Source: Vitrella brassicaformis CCMP3155 (lineage: Eukaryota; Protista; Chromerida). Taken from it: a stretch of 64,000 nucleotides of DNA. Position numbers and translations under genes: made by a program. Shown in pieces: positions 13,122-26,055 of the stretch; position 1 is the first letter of the stretch; each line of letters starts with the position of its first letter. Under the pieces are notes generated by a model. The model was not told the origin of the DNA. It saw only the letters and a program-made list of their open reading frames with translations, and did no database searches. Location: assembly GCA_001179505.1 (NCBI GenBank), contig CDMY01000227.1:372001-436000 (forward strand). Reading direction: 5' to 3'.

Positions 13122-16100
13122 ATGAGCGAGGAGTACGAGAAGGCCCCGGCCGACCCTACACCACGGGAGGCCGTGTCAGGTTGTGGCCATGCGGCCGCTG
13201 TGCCTGGCCCTGCCCACTACTCGCTCGTCCACGCCGACGGGCGGAATTCCGAGATGGAGCAGCCCTCGTCGGTTGACAACAGCCCCTCCTACTTGCAGCG
13301 GGGAGAAGGTGAGACCCGGCCCGGCACAACACAGGCCAACAGGCAGCCAACCACACACGGGTCACTGTGATTTTGCAGGAGCATCTCCCGCCAAGGCGAG
13401 GGACGAGCGTCTGAGGGAGTCACTGGAGCAAGGTAGGGAGCACGCACGAGGCCACTCCTGGAGCTGTCTGACTCCTCCTTGCGTGTGTGTGGGTCCGTTT
13501 TGTGTGCAGGTTTGGGGGAGATGGTGAAGACATGCCCAGTGGGACCTCATGCATCATCTGCCGAGGGCGGCGATGCCGCCGAGAGCGATCCCGACGCACC
13601 ACAGCTGGTCAAGGAGCTCTCACAAGGTCACAGGAGACACACCACATGCAAGAAACAAACAGCCAGACGAAGGAAGGAGAACCGAACCGTGCGTGCTGTG
13701 TGTGTGTGTGTGTGTGGTTGGTTGGTTGCAGGCAGCAAGGTAGAGGTCAAGTGGCCCAATTCCGTGGAGGTGCACGTGGGCATCGTGCGTTCGGTGGCTA
13801 AGGTGGACGACGAGTGGACCGTGCGGGTCAACATCAGGGGCTACTCTACCGGCGATGGCTCCGCATTCGCCGTGCCCATCGAGTACGTCCGCACGGGCAG
13901 CGGATGGACCAGAGAACTGCTCAACAGTGACACAAGGTCAGTCAGTCAGTACAGTCGTGGAGTGAACGGGGAGGGAGGGAGATCAATGCACTTCCATGCA
14001 CGCGGCTTCGGCTGTCCTGCCCTCCTTTTCTCTCAGGCACTCCCGACCTCGTCGCGCCCCCCTGGCCCAGCCGCAGAGCTCGCCTTCCAGCCCCCAGAAG
14101 CGTCCCCCCACGCCGCAGAAGCGCCCCCGTGCCAGGCCGTCCAAGACAGGCTCGCCCCTTACTTTGTCCAAAGACAAGAGGGAATCGCACGCACTCAAAG
14201 CCAAGAAGACCGCACGCCGCACGCGGCCCCAATCAGAGGTCGGGACGCGGAGCGACACAGAGATGGGGGAGGCAGGGGGGCGGGAGGAGTCCGTCTGCTC
14301 GGAGGGCCTGGCGGGCAAGGCCGACTCACACGCAGCTGCTGCGGCGGCGGCTGCATCGGTGGCGGAAGTTGCTGTGCCTTCGTGGCCGTTGGCTGGCGAG
14401 CTGGTGTTGGCTGACACATTGCAGGAGCGGATCGCTCTGGCGCGTGCCAAGGCGGCTGCGATCGTTGGGAGTGACTTCGACGTGTCGCATCTCAGCCCGA
14501 CCGACGCACGCACCCTGGACAGGCTCAAACCGGGCATGAAGATCGAGGTACGGAAGACCCATGACACAGAAGGAGACACACGGAACCGTCAGAACCCTCA
14601 CTCACTGCCTGCTTCCGTCTGTCTGTTTGTTGTGTGTTGTTGTGTGTGTTGGTGTTCAGGTGATGCAGATCACCAAGAACGGTCCCGAGGAGGCGACGGC
14701 CGTGGGGTGGGGTCCTAAGGACGGCACCGTGTACGTGCGGTATCGCAAGCCCGGCTGGAGCACCCTCTTCATCACCCCCATCTCCGCAGTCCGCATAGGC
14801 AACGAGTGGAGCGAGTCCATCCGGCAGGAGGGCCGGGCCAGCCGCGCAAAACCCAAACCGCCCTTCCTCCCACAGACCCTCGACAGAACAGCCACAGCCC
14901 CACCCACCACCGAGCCAGAGCCGGCCAAGCGCAAGAAGCACCTGGAGGTGCCTGGGGGGCCGAGCAAGCGGCATAGGTCGGCGTTTGGCGTGTCGATGAG
15001 GCGGGAGAGGGAGAGGGGGGATGGGGAGGGTGACAGCATTGATGGAGGGGACGTGATGATGAACATGCCTAGCGAGAGGTTTCGCCAGGAGCTGTCGAGG
15101 GCGGTGCCTCAGATCTCCGTGTCGAGGCCGCCCACGCTGGACGAGTGGGAGATCGACCCGTCGATCCCGCACCCTAGTAAGTACGAATCCATGCATCCAT
15201 GCATTGTAGTTAAAGGGGACAGACACGTGACAGACAGGTCGATCGATGGATGCCTCACACACTTGCCTTGCCCGTCTTGTGTGCGTATGTTATGTGTGTG
15301 TGCAGACACGTTGCCTGTCGGCAGTCCGATTGAGCTCAAAGCGCCTCGGCAGGACATGCCGGAAGCGGCTGTAGTGGTAAGAGAAGGGCCTCGCACGACA
15401 CGACACGACACGACACGACAAGCATCACTCGCCTCAGTCAGCCACACCGCCATTGACTGCTCTGGCCTGCCTTTGGTCGTGGTGTGCATGGCATGACAGG
15501 TTGCAGTGGTGTTTGATGATAAGGCTGGAGAGTGGATCGTCAGATACAAACGACCCGACATGAGCTACATCGGCAGGTAGGTAACACACACACACACACA
15601 CACAGAGCAGACCTCACCATGCCTCCCACATGTATATATGCACGCCTATCTACTGCCCCTCATCGACTCAACTCAGAGCTCCACTTCGCAACGTGCGCCC
15701 CGGCCGTGGCTGGAGCCAGCAGCAGGGCACCACGGGCGTGCTGGGCCTGCCCAGCCGCAAGCTGCGCAGCCCCATCGCCATGGACGAGACCTCCATCGAC
15801 AAGGGCCTGCGGACGCTGCAGAACGGGTCCAAGCCGCTGCCGTACCATCTTATGTCCCGTGCCATCGACCACCTCGTCAAGGAGCGGCGATATCACCTGA
15901 CGAGGTCGAGTGTTATTGACTTCGAGGAGCGCGAGGACGCCGTGCTGAGCCGGCAGCGGCAGCGGGCCTTCGACAAGCGGCTCAAGTCGCTGCAGGACCG
16001 CATACGACAGGGCGACAGCAGCGTCAAAATCGGAGATCTCGTCAGGGAGGTCAGTGGGGGAAGAGGGGAGGGAGGCAATGGCATCGCATCAACCCACAGT

Positions 16101-16690
16101 CGGATCATGTCATGTCATGTCATGTGTTGTGCTTGTGGTTCGGGTGGGTGCAGATGCCTGGTGTGTTTCTGAGTGTGCGGTGGATGTGGCAAGACTCCGT
16201 CCTGCCAAAAAAGGAGATCGCCAAGGTGGGTGGGCGGGCTGCGGGCGACAGACAGGTACCGCACCTGTACATCTGTCCCTGTCCACTCTCTGTGTGTGTC
16301 ATCCAGGATCTTGATCGCTTGCGCAAGCTTGCTCGTGAGGGGCCGATGTCTCGACACCCATCCCCATCGCCAGCGCCGTCATCCGTCGCAGCAGCAGCAG
16401 CATCATCGGGTGGCGACATCGCGTCTCGTTTCAACGACATGATGATGTCAGTGCAGCAGCCGGGCAGTTCATCTGCCACGGCCGACGAGAGGGCGGCCGC
16501 CGAGCGGCTGGTGAGCCTGGTGCGGGAGAGGAACGACGAGATCTTACCAGTGGCAGAGCAGGACAGGAAGGACGACCGCTCAGATGAGCTCTCCGGCGTG
16601 TCGGGTGTGTCGGGTGAGGACGGCAGCGGCAGCAAGAAGCCCTCTGAAGGTGCGGCGTCGCCGCTGCAGATGCTGATGGACGACATCTGA
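13122..16690 (+). CDS. Large hypothetical protein with three Tudor/Agenet-like beta repeats, basic low-complexity linkers and a C-terminal helical region
   Basis: About 10 GC3-rich exons. Three modules end PIEYVRTGSGWT, PISAVRIGNEWS and PLRNVRPGRGWS. Stop after LQMLMDDI at 16690. Confidence 0.65.
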
Positions 16691-19464
16691 GTGAGCCCCT
16701 GGACAAGGAGTGTCTAAGGGAGGGGGGGTGGGTGCGTGTGTGGTCGCTTTTGAGAGGAGTGAACACATGCATGCTTGTCTGTCTGTATGTGCATCGTATC
16801 ATCGCTGATTTTTCCGGTGGATGGATCGGATTGCTTAAGAAAGAGAGGGGGGGGTCTTGTGGGGTGGCGTGGGTGACGAACGGGGCTGTCCGTCCGGCCG
16901 TCCGTCCGTCCGTGCGTACGACTCATTTGTGGGTGTATGGATGGTACGGATGGCACTCGTCGGCCAGCCTGAGCCTTCCTGCCGGCCGTCATATATATTG
17001 CTCCTTTCCCGTGCCGCCCATCCCTACCCCCACACACAGAGGCGCGATCGGCTCCATCCGCCATCCTTCACTGTCTGTCGTTTCTCATCCTGGTTAAGCA
17101 CATGGCCCTGGCCCACACACGTGAGCGAGGGGTGACTCCCTCCCTGGCTTTGCTGCCCCTTTTTCCCATTCTCATTATTCAGTTCTTGCTTAGACAGGCC
17201 TTGACGCATCTCATCTATCCATTCGTTCTCCCGACCGAAGCGGAGACTGTTTGTTGTTGATAGCACGGGCCGGGTGCTTCGATTGCTGCCTTGGTCGACC
17301 GATTGCTGGTGAGTGTTTGATTGCATTGCTGATGTGTGCGTGAATGGCGGTGGTGGTGGTGATTTAAACGGTGAGAGGGAGACTTGTCGTGTCATGTCGT
17401 GTCGTGTCATGATGCCTTTTTGGTGTGCAGTGAGTGCGGGGGTGCGTCGACTTATTATCTTTCTTGTCTATCCAACACAGGGAGAGAGGGAGGGAGGCCG
17501 CCCTCTCCCCCCCTCCCTTCCTCGTCTTCTTCCCTCATCTCATCATCTACAGGTGTCCATAAGGTGTGCATATCATCTATTCTTCTCTCGCTGTCTGTCT
17601 GTCTGCCCGCCTGCCTGCTTATTGGTGCTATGTGTTGTGCTGTGCTGTGCTGTGCTGTGTCGCTTTTCCCTTTCCGCCTTAACACATGAGTTCCTCCCTC
17701 CGACCTGGCGCGGGATGGGTGTGTGAGTTGTTGGCCGCGCGTGCCTCTCAACAGAGAATGCGCCTGCAGATCATATCCACACACATGCGGTGGTTGGTTG
17801 GTGCACCCACCCTCCATGCGCCCCCATTCTTCTTTCTTAGTCGGTGACAGACGCACACACTGACGTCCCTGTCTGTCTATGTCCTCTCTCTCCCCGTGCG
17901 TCTGTCTGACCATGTGTGTGCGTGTGGCTCGCGGTGATGGTCAGAGGTTCAGAGAGGACAAGGAAAGGATCGATCGATGGATGGATGGATGGATGGATGG
18001 CGCTCGTGGTGGAGCTGTCTGCCACGCCACGTGGCTGCCCTCCCTCCTGGTTACCCACCCACCCGATATGCATATCGATGCACCCCCCGGCGTAAACAAT
18101 GAGACAGACTGACTGACACTGACATCGGTGGCTGGGCTCTTTTTTCATCATCCATATGTGATTGTGTGTGAGTGTGGGTGTGAGCGTCGCGTAGTTATGT
18201 GTGCGTGCCGCGTGTCTGTCCACTAACCACATGGCTGGTCCTGCCCTGCCCTGCACGCAACAACACAACGCACTCACATATGCCTAGTGGAATCTATCTA
18301 TCTATTGCTTTTGCCTCGGTTTTGATCGGCTCCCCTCGATCTCCCGGCCCACCCATCCCCTCTTTCTCTCACTCACTGACTCCCGCACAGCAGGCAGGCA
18401 GACAGCCCCCGTCGACCCGCAAGTGGTGTGTTTGCGTGCGTCTGCACCTCGCTGTGCTTTTTGCCTTGCCGGCCTGCCTGAGTGATCGCACCCACCCCTG
18501 TCTGTCTGTATGCCATGCCTGCCTGTGGTACGATGCTGACTGAGGAGGACACAAACACGACGGAAGGACGACGGACAGACAGACAGACAGTCACCATGAA
18601 TGCGATTTGGGCATCTGTCTACTCATCTAGCTATCTCGCGCGTGACACACGTGCACACCACGAGAGCTGACAGAGTCAAAGTGTCCATCACACTGCAAAC
18701 ACATTGATGAGAGCAAGTCAATCAGCATGCCCCCCGCGCACACTTTAATTGAGCGGCCAGGGTGATGCTTCTGCCGTTGCTGGCCTTCTGTTCGGCAGAA
18801 CGGGGTCTCTTGGGTGCCTGCCGGTGTTCAAAACCAGGCAAGCCATTGCCAACAGCTTAAACTGGTCGTTTGCTTTCTGATTGGGGGAGAGTGAGTGGCC
18901 AAGCACGATCGGGCGATCGGATCGTATCATATATCGACAGGGTGCATTCAATTCATCCAATGTCTGTTTGTTGCACACTTGTCTGTTCTGTCTGTCTGTC
19001 TGTCTGTCTGTCCATCCATCCTTGGATGCATTCGCTTAAATTGTCACCCACCCATCCGCTGGCGAGGCGTGGCAGGTCTGGCCTGCCTGCATGCCTGCCT
19101 GCCTGCCTGCCTTGATGCCCTGCACCCACCCGCTGCAGCCAGCAGCCCTACTCCTCAAATCTCCCTAGTTAGTGCATCGAACTAAGCAAGCGGCACATAC
19201 CATGTATGGAAATACATATGTATGCTCATTCATGAGACATGCTGCACAGCCAGCTGCCAGCCAGCCAGCCAGCCAGCCAGACAGACAGACGGACGGACGA
19301 GCAGACCACACACACACACACACACACACAGATGCTCACGATTAGTCTCTGCAGCCACCCATGTAGTGATTGACTGTACAAACCGCCCGCCTATATGTAG
19401 CTATTCTCATTCTTCCTCCCTCCCTCCCTCTCTCCCCCTTTCTCTGTCTGTCTCTGTGTGCCAG

Positions 19465-21261
19465 CTATACATGCGCTGCCTCGCTGTGCCGGAGCTCATG
19501 GCGCTTGTGCCCAAATGCCTTCCACGGCTCCCTCTCGACCCACACAGATGATGCCACCCTGTCAGCACACACACACACACACACACATAGGCAGGCATCA
19601 CACACAGCAGGTGAGAATGCATGCATATTTATCGGCCGAGCCTCTGCCTTCCCCCCCGCCGACCGACCGACTTACTTATGGACAATGGCGTGTCTGGCGG
19701 CGAGTTTATGTCGGTCGTCGTCATAGCCGCCGCCGATGACGCAGGCCACCGGCACGTGTGCGTCCATGCACGTCTCGATGACAAATCGGTCCCTATCAGC
19801 CAGGCCCCTCTCGGATATCTGGAGCTCGCCTAGCTTGTCACCAGCCCACACATCCACGCCCGCATCGTAGAGGACCAGGTCGGGCCGCTCGGACGATAAC
19901 AACGAAGGCAACACACGGCGCAGCGTGTCGAGGAACTGCTCGTCGCCAGTGCCGGCCGCAAAGCTCACGTCGAGGTCGGACCTGATGGATGGATGGATGC
20001 ATGGCAACAAACACGGTGAGTGACAGAGTTGCATCGTGTGTGCATCCGCTGCTTACTTTTGTTTCCTGAATGGGAAGTTTTTCTCGCAGTGGAAGCTGAG
20101 AGTAAAGACGGACGGGTCGTTGGCGAAGAGGGCGGCGGTGCCGTCGCCCTGATGCACATCCAAATCGACGATCAGGATCTTACTGACGTTGCAACCACAC
20201 GAAGGCCGAATGAATGAATGAGTGAGCCGTGCAGGCAGGTATGTTTTTATGCCCTCGGATTTCTTCCTCACTCACTCACTCCCTTACTTGGCTCGTTTTT
20301 GCTGCTGGATGACCTTTGCCGCGACCGCAAGATCGTTGAAGATGGTGAACCCGCTCCCCCAATCCCAGTGCGCGTGATGCGTCCCACCTACACTCCCCAC
20401 ACACATATATGCGCATCTCATCCTACATGACATGTGTGTGTCATCTCCGTCTCTCCATTTCGCCTCACCTCCCAGATTGCATGCCAGCCCGAATTCCACC
20501 GCCAGCTGGGCAGTGAGGATCGTCCCAGACACCTCCAGCAGCGTCCGCCTCACCAGCGGGGGGCTCCAGGGAAACCCAATGCGGCGCAGCTTCATCGGGT
20601 CGAGCGTCCCCTCGATGAACGCCCCTACATACCCCGGCTCGTGAACCATCATAAGCCACGCCTCAGGCAGCTCCGGCGGGATGAAGAAGCAGTCCCTGGA
20701 CACCCCCTGCTGCTCTATGAGGTGCCGGTGAAGGGCCGCGAACTTCCACATCTTGAACCGGTGGACGGACGGCCATGAGGGGCAGGTGTACTCGGGGTGG
20801 TACACAAAGGGAGGATGCGGGTGGTCCACTGGGTGGCAGCCCGCAGCAAAGTCGAAAGGGGCACCTGTGCGGGGGAAGAAGCTCTCATGCTTCGGCCCGC
20901 TGCGATGAGTCGACAGCCTCCGGTGATGCTGTGGAAGGGGGGAAAGTGGACGACCTACAGCGGGCGGCACAGAGGGCAAAGGGTTCTGTCGCGTCAGCTC
21001 CTTCTTGAAAGGAGCTGTGGCGTCAGATGGCGGCCATGGGAGGACCGTGGGACCCACATCGCTGTCACGATAGAGCTGCGCCCGCGCCTCCAGTCTGTGT
21101 GTCTTCCTGTGGATGAGGGGCTGCAGGGGGATGAAAGACGTGCCGGCAGATATGGACGGCTTGGCGGCTGCAGCAGCATTGGGCAGGATGGGCAGGGCGG
21201 TGCTGAAGGCAATTCGTCCCACGAATCTGCACACCGCTCGAGGGAAGAGAGAGGCATCCAT
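19465..21261 (-). CDS. Zn-dependent histone deacetylase-family protein (class IV/bacterial AcuC-like) with a long N-terminal extension
   Basis: [50 protein letters not shown]. Last exon joined via CATAA|gtaag to [11 protein letters not shown]...AHV* (TAG at 19465-19467). Confidence 0.93.
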
Positions 21262-21357
21262 GATATATCTTTGAAGATCTTCAACGACCTCCGGGATGGG
21301 ATGCTTGTCCGGAGGTGTTGAAGATCTTCAATGCGTGAACAAGCTGCACAGTGCTAT

Positions 21358-21378
21358 AGGGTTTCAAACCCTGAACCC
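21358..21378. promoter_or_regulatory. Inverted telo-box-like pair AGGGTTT-C-AAACCCT(GAACCC) in the HDAC/pirin promoter
   Basis: Read directly from the sequence; lies about 10 bp from the AGCTAAGC core. Confidence 0.4.
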
Positions 21379-21441
21379 CGAAGCTAAGCCCGCAGAGCGC
21401 AGCCCGGAACCCTTAACTGACCGACCGAAGGGTCAGCCATC

Positions 21442-23581
21442 ATGCGGAAACGGGCAAGGAGAAGGCCGCCATTGGAATGTTGGAAGATCTGCATCTTTTC
21501 GGCATGTTTCATCCTCCAACGAGTGGAGATGCTGGTCCATCGGAGTGGGCCTTTCCGGGTGAGGCCGGTGCGTCCGCCGCGCCTGAAGGCTCATGCGCCT
21601 TGCATGGAGGCTGACCGAGTGGTGTCTGACCGTCGCTCTTTCGACGCGTTGCCTGCAATGAATGACGAGGGGTACAGGAGTGTACGGCGCATTGAGTCGG
21701 TCAACAAGATCCCTTTCTGGCCGACCTGTACAGACCCACACAGGGACACATACATGTGTATGAAATCAAAGAGCTACCGTGCTGTTTAGGGGCTGGCGGA
21801 GGCATTCGAGCGATGCTGCTGAATAACCGGGACGAGTGAGCAGATTGCACACACTCAAAGTGGTGGGTTGGGAGGTTGGGATGTGTGTGTGTGTGTCGTA
21901 TTGCTGTACAGGTGGGATCCTTTCCTCTTGCTTGCGCACCACAAGCACTCATTCAGCCCATGGGACCCACTGCGGCGGATCCAGAAGAGCATCATGCCCG
22001 AAGGTCAGACAGACAGACAGACAGATGCCGCTGCATTTCTGTGAGAGCAGCGAGAGGTCAGGTCTCTTCTCCCATCCCGTCAGGTTTCCCGATGCACGCG
22101 CATGGCGGAATCGAGACCGTCACTTACATGATTGAGGGTAGGCAACAGCTTGCTGTCATGTTATCCCCGTGCACACACGCCTCTCACTCTCTGCGTCGTG
22201 CAGGTGGTTTCCTGCACTGCGACTCGCACGATGCGACCCCATCAGCCTACAGGAAAGGCAGCGTCCAGTGGTCAGTGTCTGTCAGCCGACAGAATCATCA
22301 GACAAGCACACAGGAGATATATATCACATGGAGTGAGTGGTGTGATGCTCGTGTGTGTGATGTGATGGGTGCAGGATGGAGGCTGGGACGGGAATCTTGC
22401 ACCAGGAGATGTTCGAGACCTTCTCGAACCGCAATGCCGACATCGAGCTGTACCAGCTGTGGATCAACACACCCACTGACATGAAGATGCGCTCGTCATC
22501 GGTCACGGTCAGACAGAGAACGAACTAATTCCCTTATTTATGGGTCTGTCTGTCTGTCTGCCGTGTATGTGTGTGGTGTGCAGATGTTGGGCGATGAGTA
22601 CGGCCGCCCACTGCCTGTTGTGCGTCGAGAGAGCGGTGACGGCCGTGTGTGCCGCACCGAGGTGATTGCGGGCATTGTGGACGGCCAGTCGCCCGACTTC
22701 CGGACCAATCTGCCGGTGACCATCCTCAGATGCACCATGCAGCCTGGTCGGTCAGTGGGTCCATCTACACACATCCGGTGACCTGGGTGAGTGAATGTGT
22801 TGTGTTGCCCCTCGTCAGGTGCTGATTTCGAGCACACCTTGCCGTCGGCAGAGGACACAGCTGTCCTTTATGTGCGCAGGGGCACCATCCTGCTGGGCAG
22901 AGCAGACGCCGACAAACGGCCCACCAGACGGGTGGGCACACGTACACAGCACATGCAGGCACCAATCGCATGACAGCCACAGACAGAGACACATCAATGG
23001 CCTCTCTCTCTCTCTCTCTCTCTCATGTCAGTTCACCTACGGGTGGACTGACCTGTTCAACCAGGAGCCAAAGGAGAGGATGTCGGAGGACGCCACTGCG
23101 TCTGAGGGCGATTTAGTGGTGCTGGAGAGGGACGGCACCAAAGTGCGATTCACCAACACGTGCGTAACGCGGGAGCCACGGCCAAAGCACAGCACACAGG
23201 GAATGAGGACGGCTTGCTGTGCTGTGTGTTGTGTTGTGTCAGAGGGCCAGGTGAGGCCGATGTTCTGTTCCTGTCGGGCCCACCACTTCGCGAGCCCATC
23301 ATCCAGCCGTCGCCGTACGCCAACCAATACGACACACACCACACCATACAACAACGAGAGCATCAACCAAGGACGGTGTCTGTCTGTCTGTGTGCAGGGA
23401 CATTGTGTGCGGGTCGATGGACCAGGCGCGTGAGATGACCAGGCAAGCGGATGGAGACAAGGGCAGGCGCATGTCTGTGCGGATTGGCGAGATGGCCGTG
23501 TGTGTGTGTGTGTCTGTGTGCATCAGGCGGATTCGCGAGCTGTACCGGGAGTATTTTGGTAGTCAGGTCGCCGCGAAGTGA
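21442..23581 (+). CDS. Pirin-family bicupin protein with an N-terminal extension
   Basis: DPFLLLAHH, GFPMHAHGGIETVTY, GILHQEM (all four metal ligands present), LYQLWINTP, VLFLSGPPLREPI. Confidence 0.9.
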
Positions 23582-23999
23582 GCGAGGCCGTGTGGATGTA
23601 GTCCTAGTAGCTAGGCTGGTAAGTGCAGCAAAGATCATGTGGCAATCAATGTGACGGAACTACCTACCATGCAGCCAGTCAGCACAATGTGTAGGTATTG
23701 CCAGTAGCACTGTGGCGACTTCCATCTCGCTGTGTGAATGGCATTCGTTGAGTTGTCCGGCCGCAACACAGCGTGTCTCAACATGCGGGGCACTTGTACA
23801 GTTGGGTGTGCGATGCCATCGTTCTCGGGCTCGTGAGTGAGCTCGAGATCGAGGTAAGTCACACCCACCATGAATATCTCCCTGTGTGCACAAGACAAAA
23901 GTGCCCTTTGTCTGTGTGTTCAAGAAGACTCTTACCGGCCGGTGTGGCCGGTGTTGCCGCCTCCCTCCTGGTGTTGACCACGTCGACCCAGGCCCCCCC

Positions 24000-24299
24000 N
24001 NNNNNNNNNNNNNNNNNNNNNNNNNNNNNNNNNNNNNNNNNNNNNNNNNNNNNNNNNNNNNNNNNNNNNNNNNNNNNNNNNNNNNNNNNNNNNNNNNNNN
24101 NNNNNNNNNNNNNNNNNNNNNNNNNNNNNNNNNNNNNNNNNNNNNNNNNNNNNNNNNNNNNNNNNNNNNNNNNNNNNNNNNNNNNNNNNNNNNNNNNNNN
24201 NNNNNNNNNNNNNNNNNNNNNNNNNNNNNNNNNNNNNNNNNNNNNNNNNNNNNNNNNNNNNNNNNNNNNNNNNNNNNNNNNNNNNNNNNNNNNNNNNNN
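24000..24299. other. Assembly gap (300 N)
   Basis: N run flanked by poly-C. Confidence 1.
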
Positions 24300-26055
24300 C
24301 CCCCCCCCCCCTCCCCCCCCCCCGAAATCTCCCGCGAGCTCAAGCTCGCGACGGATGTAAATATCACGTCCCCCAGACGCCCAGCCGTCCAGTGAGGCAT
24401 TCTGAGGAGAAGATATGCTTGCAAGAGCCTCTTACCGGCCACCGGAGGGACTCGACGACAGAACGGCCAAGAACGCCCTTCCGGGATCATTCCTCATCAG
24501 ATCTGACCGAGGAGTCAGTACGTCATCACTATATTAGTTGAGACCGCCACCCGACCCACCTGAGCGCCATGATTGCCCACGCCTCTTCCGACCCACCAGC
24601 TTCTCCGGCTGGCCCTCCTGCTGAGCAACGCTTCCTGGCAGATCTCACCACTCATGGGCTCCTTCTGCCTGCTACCGCGGCCCTCACAGGGCTGCTGAAG
24701 TACGACCATCCCGCCCGCTGAGTGATCTCCTGCTCATCAAGTGAAGCCATCCCACTGCTGATCTCTCCTTCCCTCCCTCCCGGAGTGTGTTACCGAGACC
24801 TCCGCGGCTTCGTATGTCAGCGGGTGCTGGAATCCTCGCCACGGACACCGGTTCTCAGCCCTGAAGGTGGTCTTTGCAATTGTGCGAGCGGCCTTGATGA
24901 GACAGAACGTTCCGTTGGGTCCTGCTGCCACTCACACCACCACATCTAGTGGCGGGCAGCCACGTCGACCATCGTCCTTGTCGGCGTGGCTGGCCTCCCT
25001 TGGCGCATCGATATCGTCGCTGTGCCGCCGTTGCTCTCAGTGTATCCAGAAATTCGCTGGTAGGTGTGCCGCTCATTGAAACATCTGGGTGCGTCCATTC
25101 TCTGTGTGTCGGTCGTCAGGTAGGCCATCGGCGCCGGACCATTGGTCATGCCCCATCCCCTCCTTCCCCTCTGTGACCACACAGCCCCCCTCCTCTCACC
25201 CACCCCCTGCCGACACACAACTGCCCTCTCAGACAGGAGCAGTGGCAGCAGCAGCAGGCGGCCTTCGCGAGCAGCAGAGGGACAGTCAGGTGAGCCGTGG
25301 CGTGTCGAGTGAAGAGCCGCAGGGCGAGGACAGACTAGTCGAGGAGACCTCACCTGGTGAGAAAAACAAGAGAGCATGAGCCGTTCCCGGTCGATTGTGC
25401 CTTGAATGCTTGTGCCATGTTACAATTGGTTGATCGATCCATGCAGTGTATCGCCTGAGCCACCGGCGCCGTTGCCCACTCCTCTACATCCCAGGCGGGC
25501 CCCAATGCCACGACAGCTGCCGCAGCCACCCGAGGAAGAGTGAAGGGTCAGGTGCAGGCAGCGTTTGAATACTTACTTGTGTGTGTGCATACCTGCTTTG
25601 AATCCATACCTACCTCCGCACGTTATGGAGGGAGGGGCGTGAGGCGGCAGACGGCCACGCTCGTTTATGTATTGTGTGTGTGCGGGGGCAATTTTGTGAG
25701 TATCCTTAGTTCCGTGATTCGTTTCGTTACATGATGTCATGGTCATGTAATTAACCAGTCTGCCGCCGTATTCTCGCCAAGCCGCTCTTTGATTCTCTCG
25801 GTCGCTTCGTGAGAGAAAATGGCGGCCACACACACACACAGAGGTGATGTGTGTATTGATGGCTGTGTGTCTGTGTGCGTGTCTGCGTGTCCATGGAAGG
25901 AGGATTGATGCTGGGGCGCCGTGCCAATGAGGTCGACCTTGTTCATGTCACATTGTCTGTGGAAACAAAGTGGACACACAAAAAGGGTCTCAAGGAACCT
26001 CACACCATACTCATCCCCTCACACAAAGACAGAGAGAGACCAGATACGTCCTTTA

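Noticed and set aside
19465-19551. GC3-rich + strand frame ([10 protein letters not shown]...)
   Set aside because: It is the antisense of the HDAC terminal exon.
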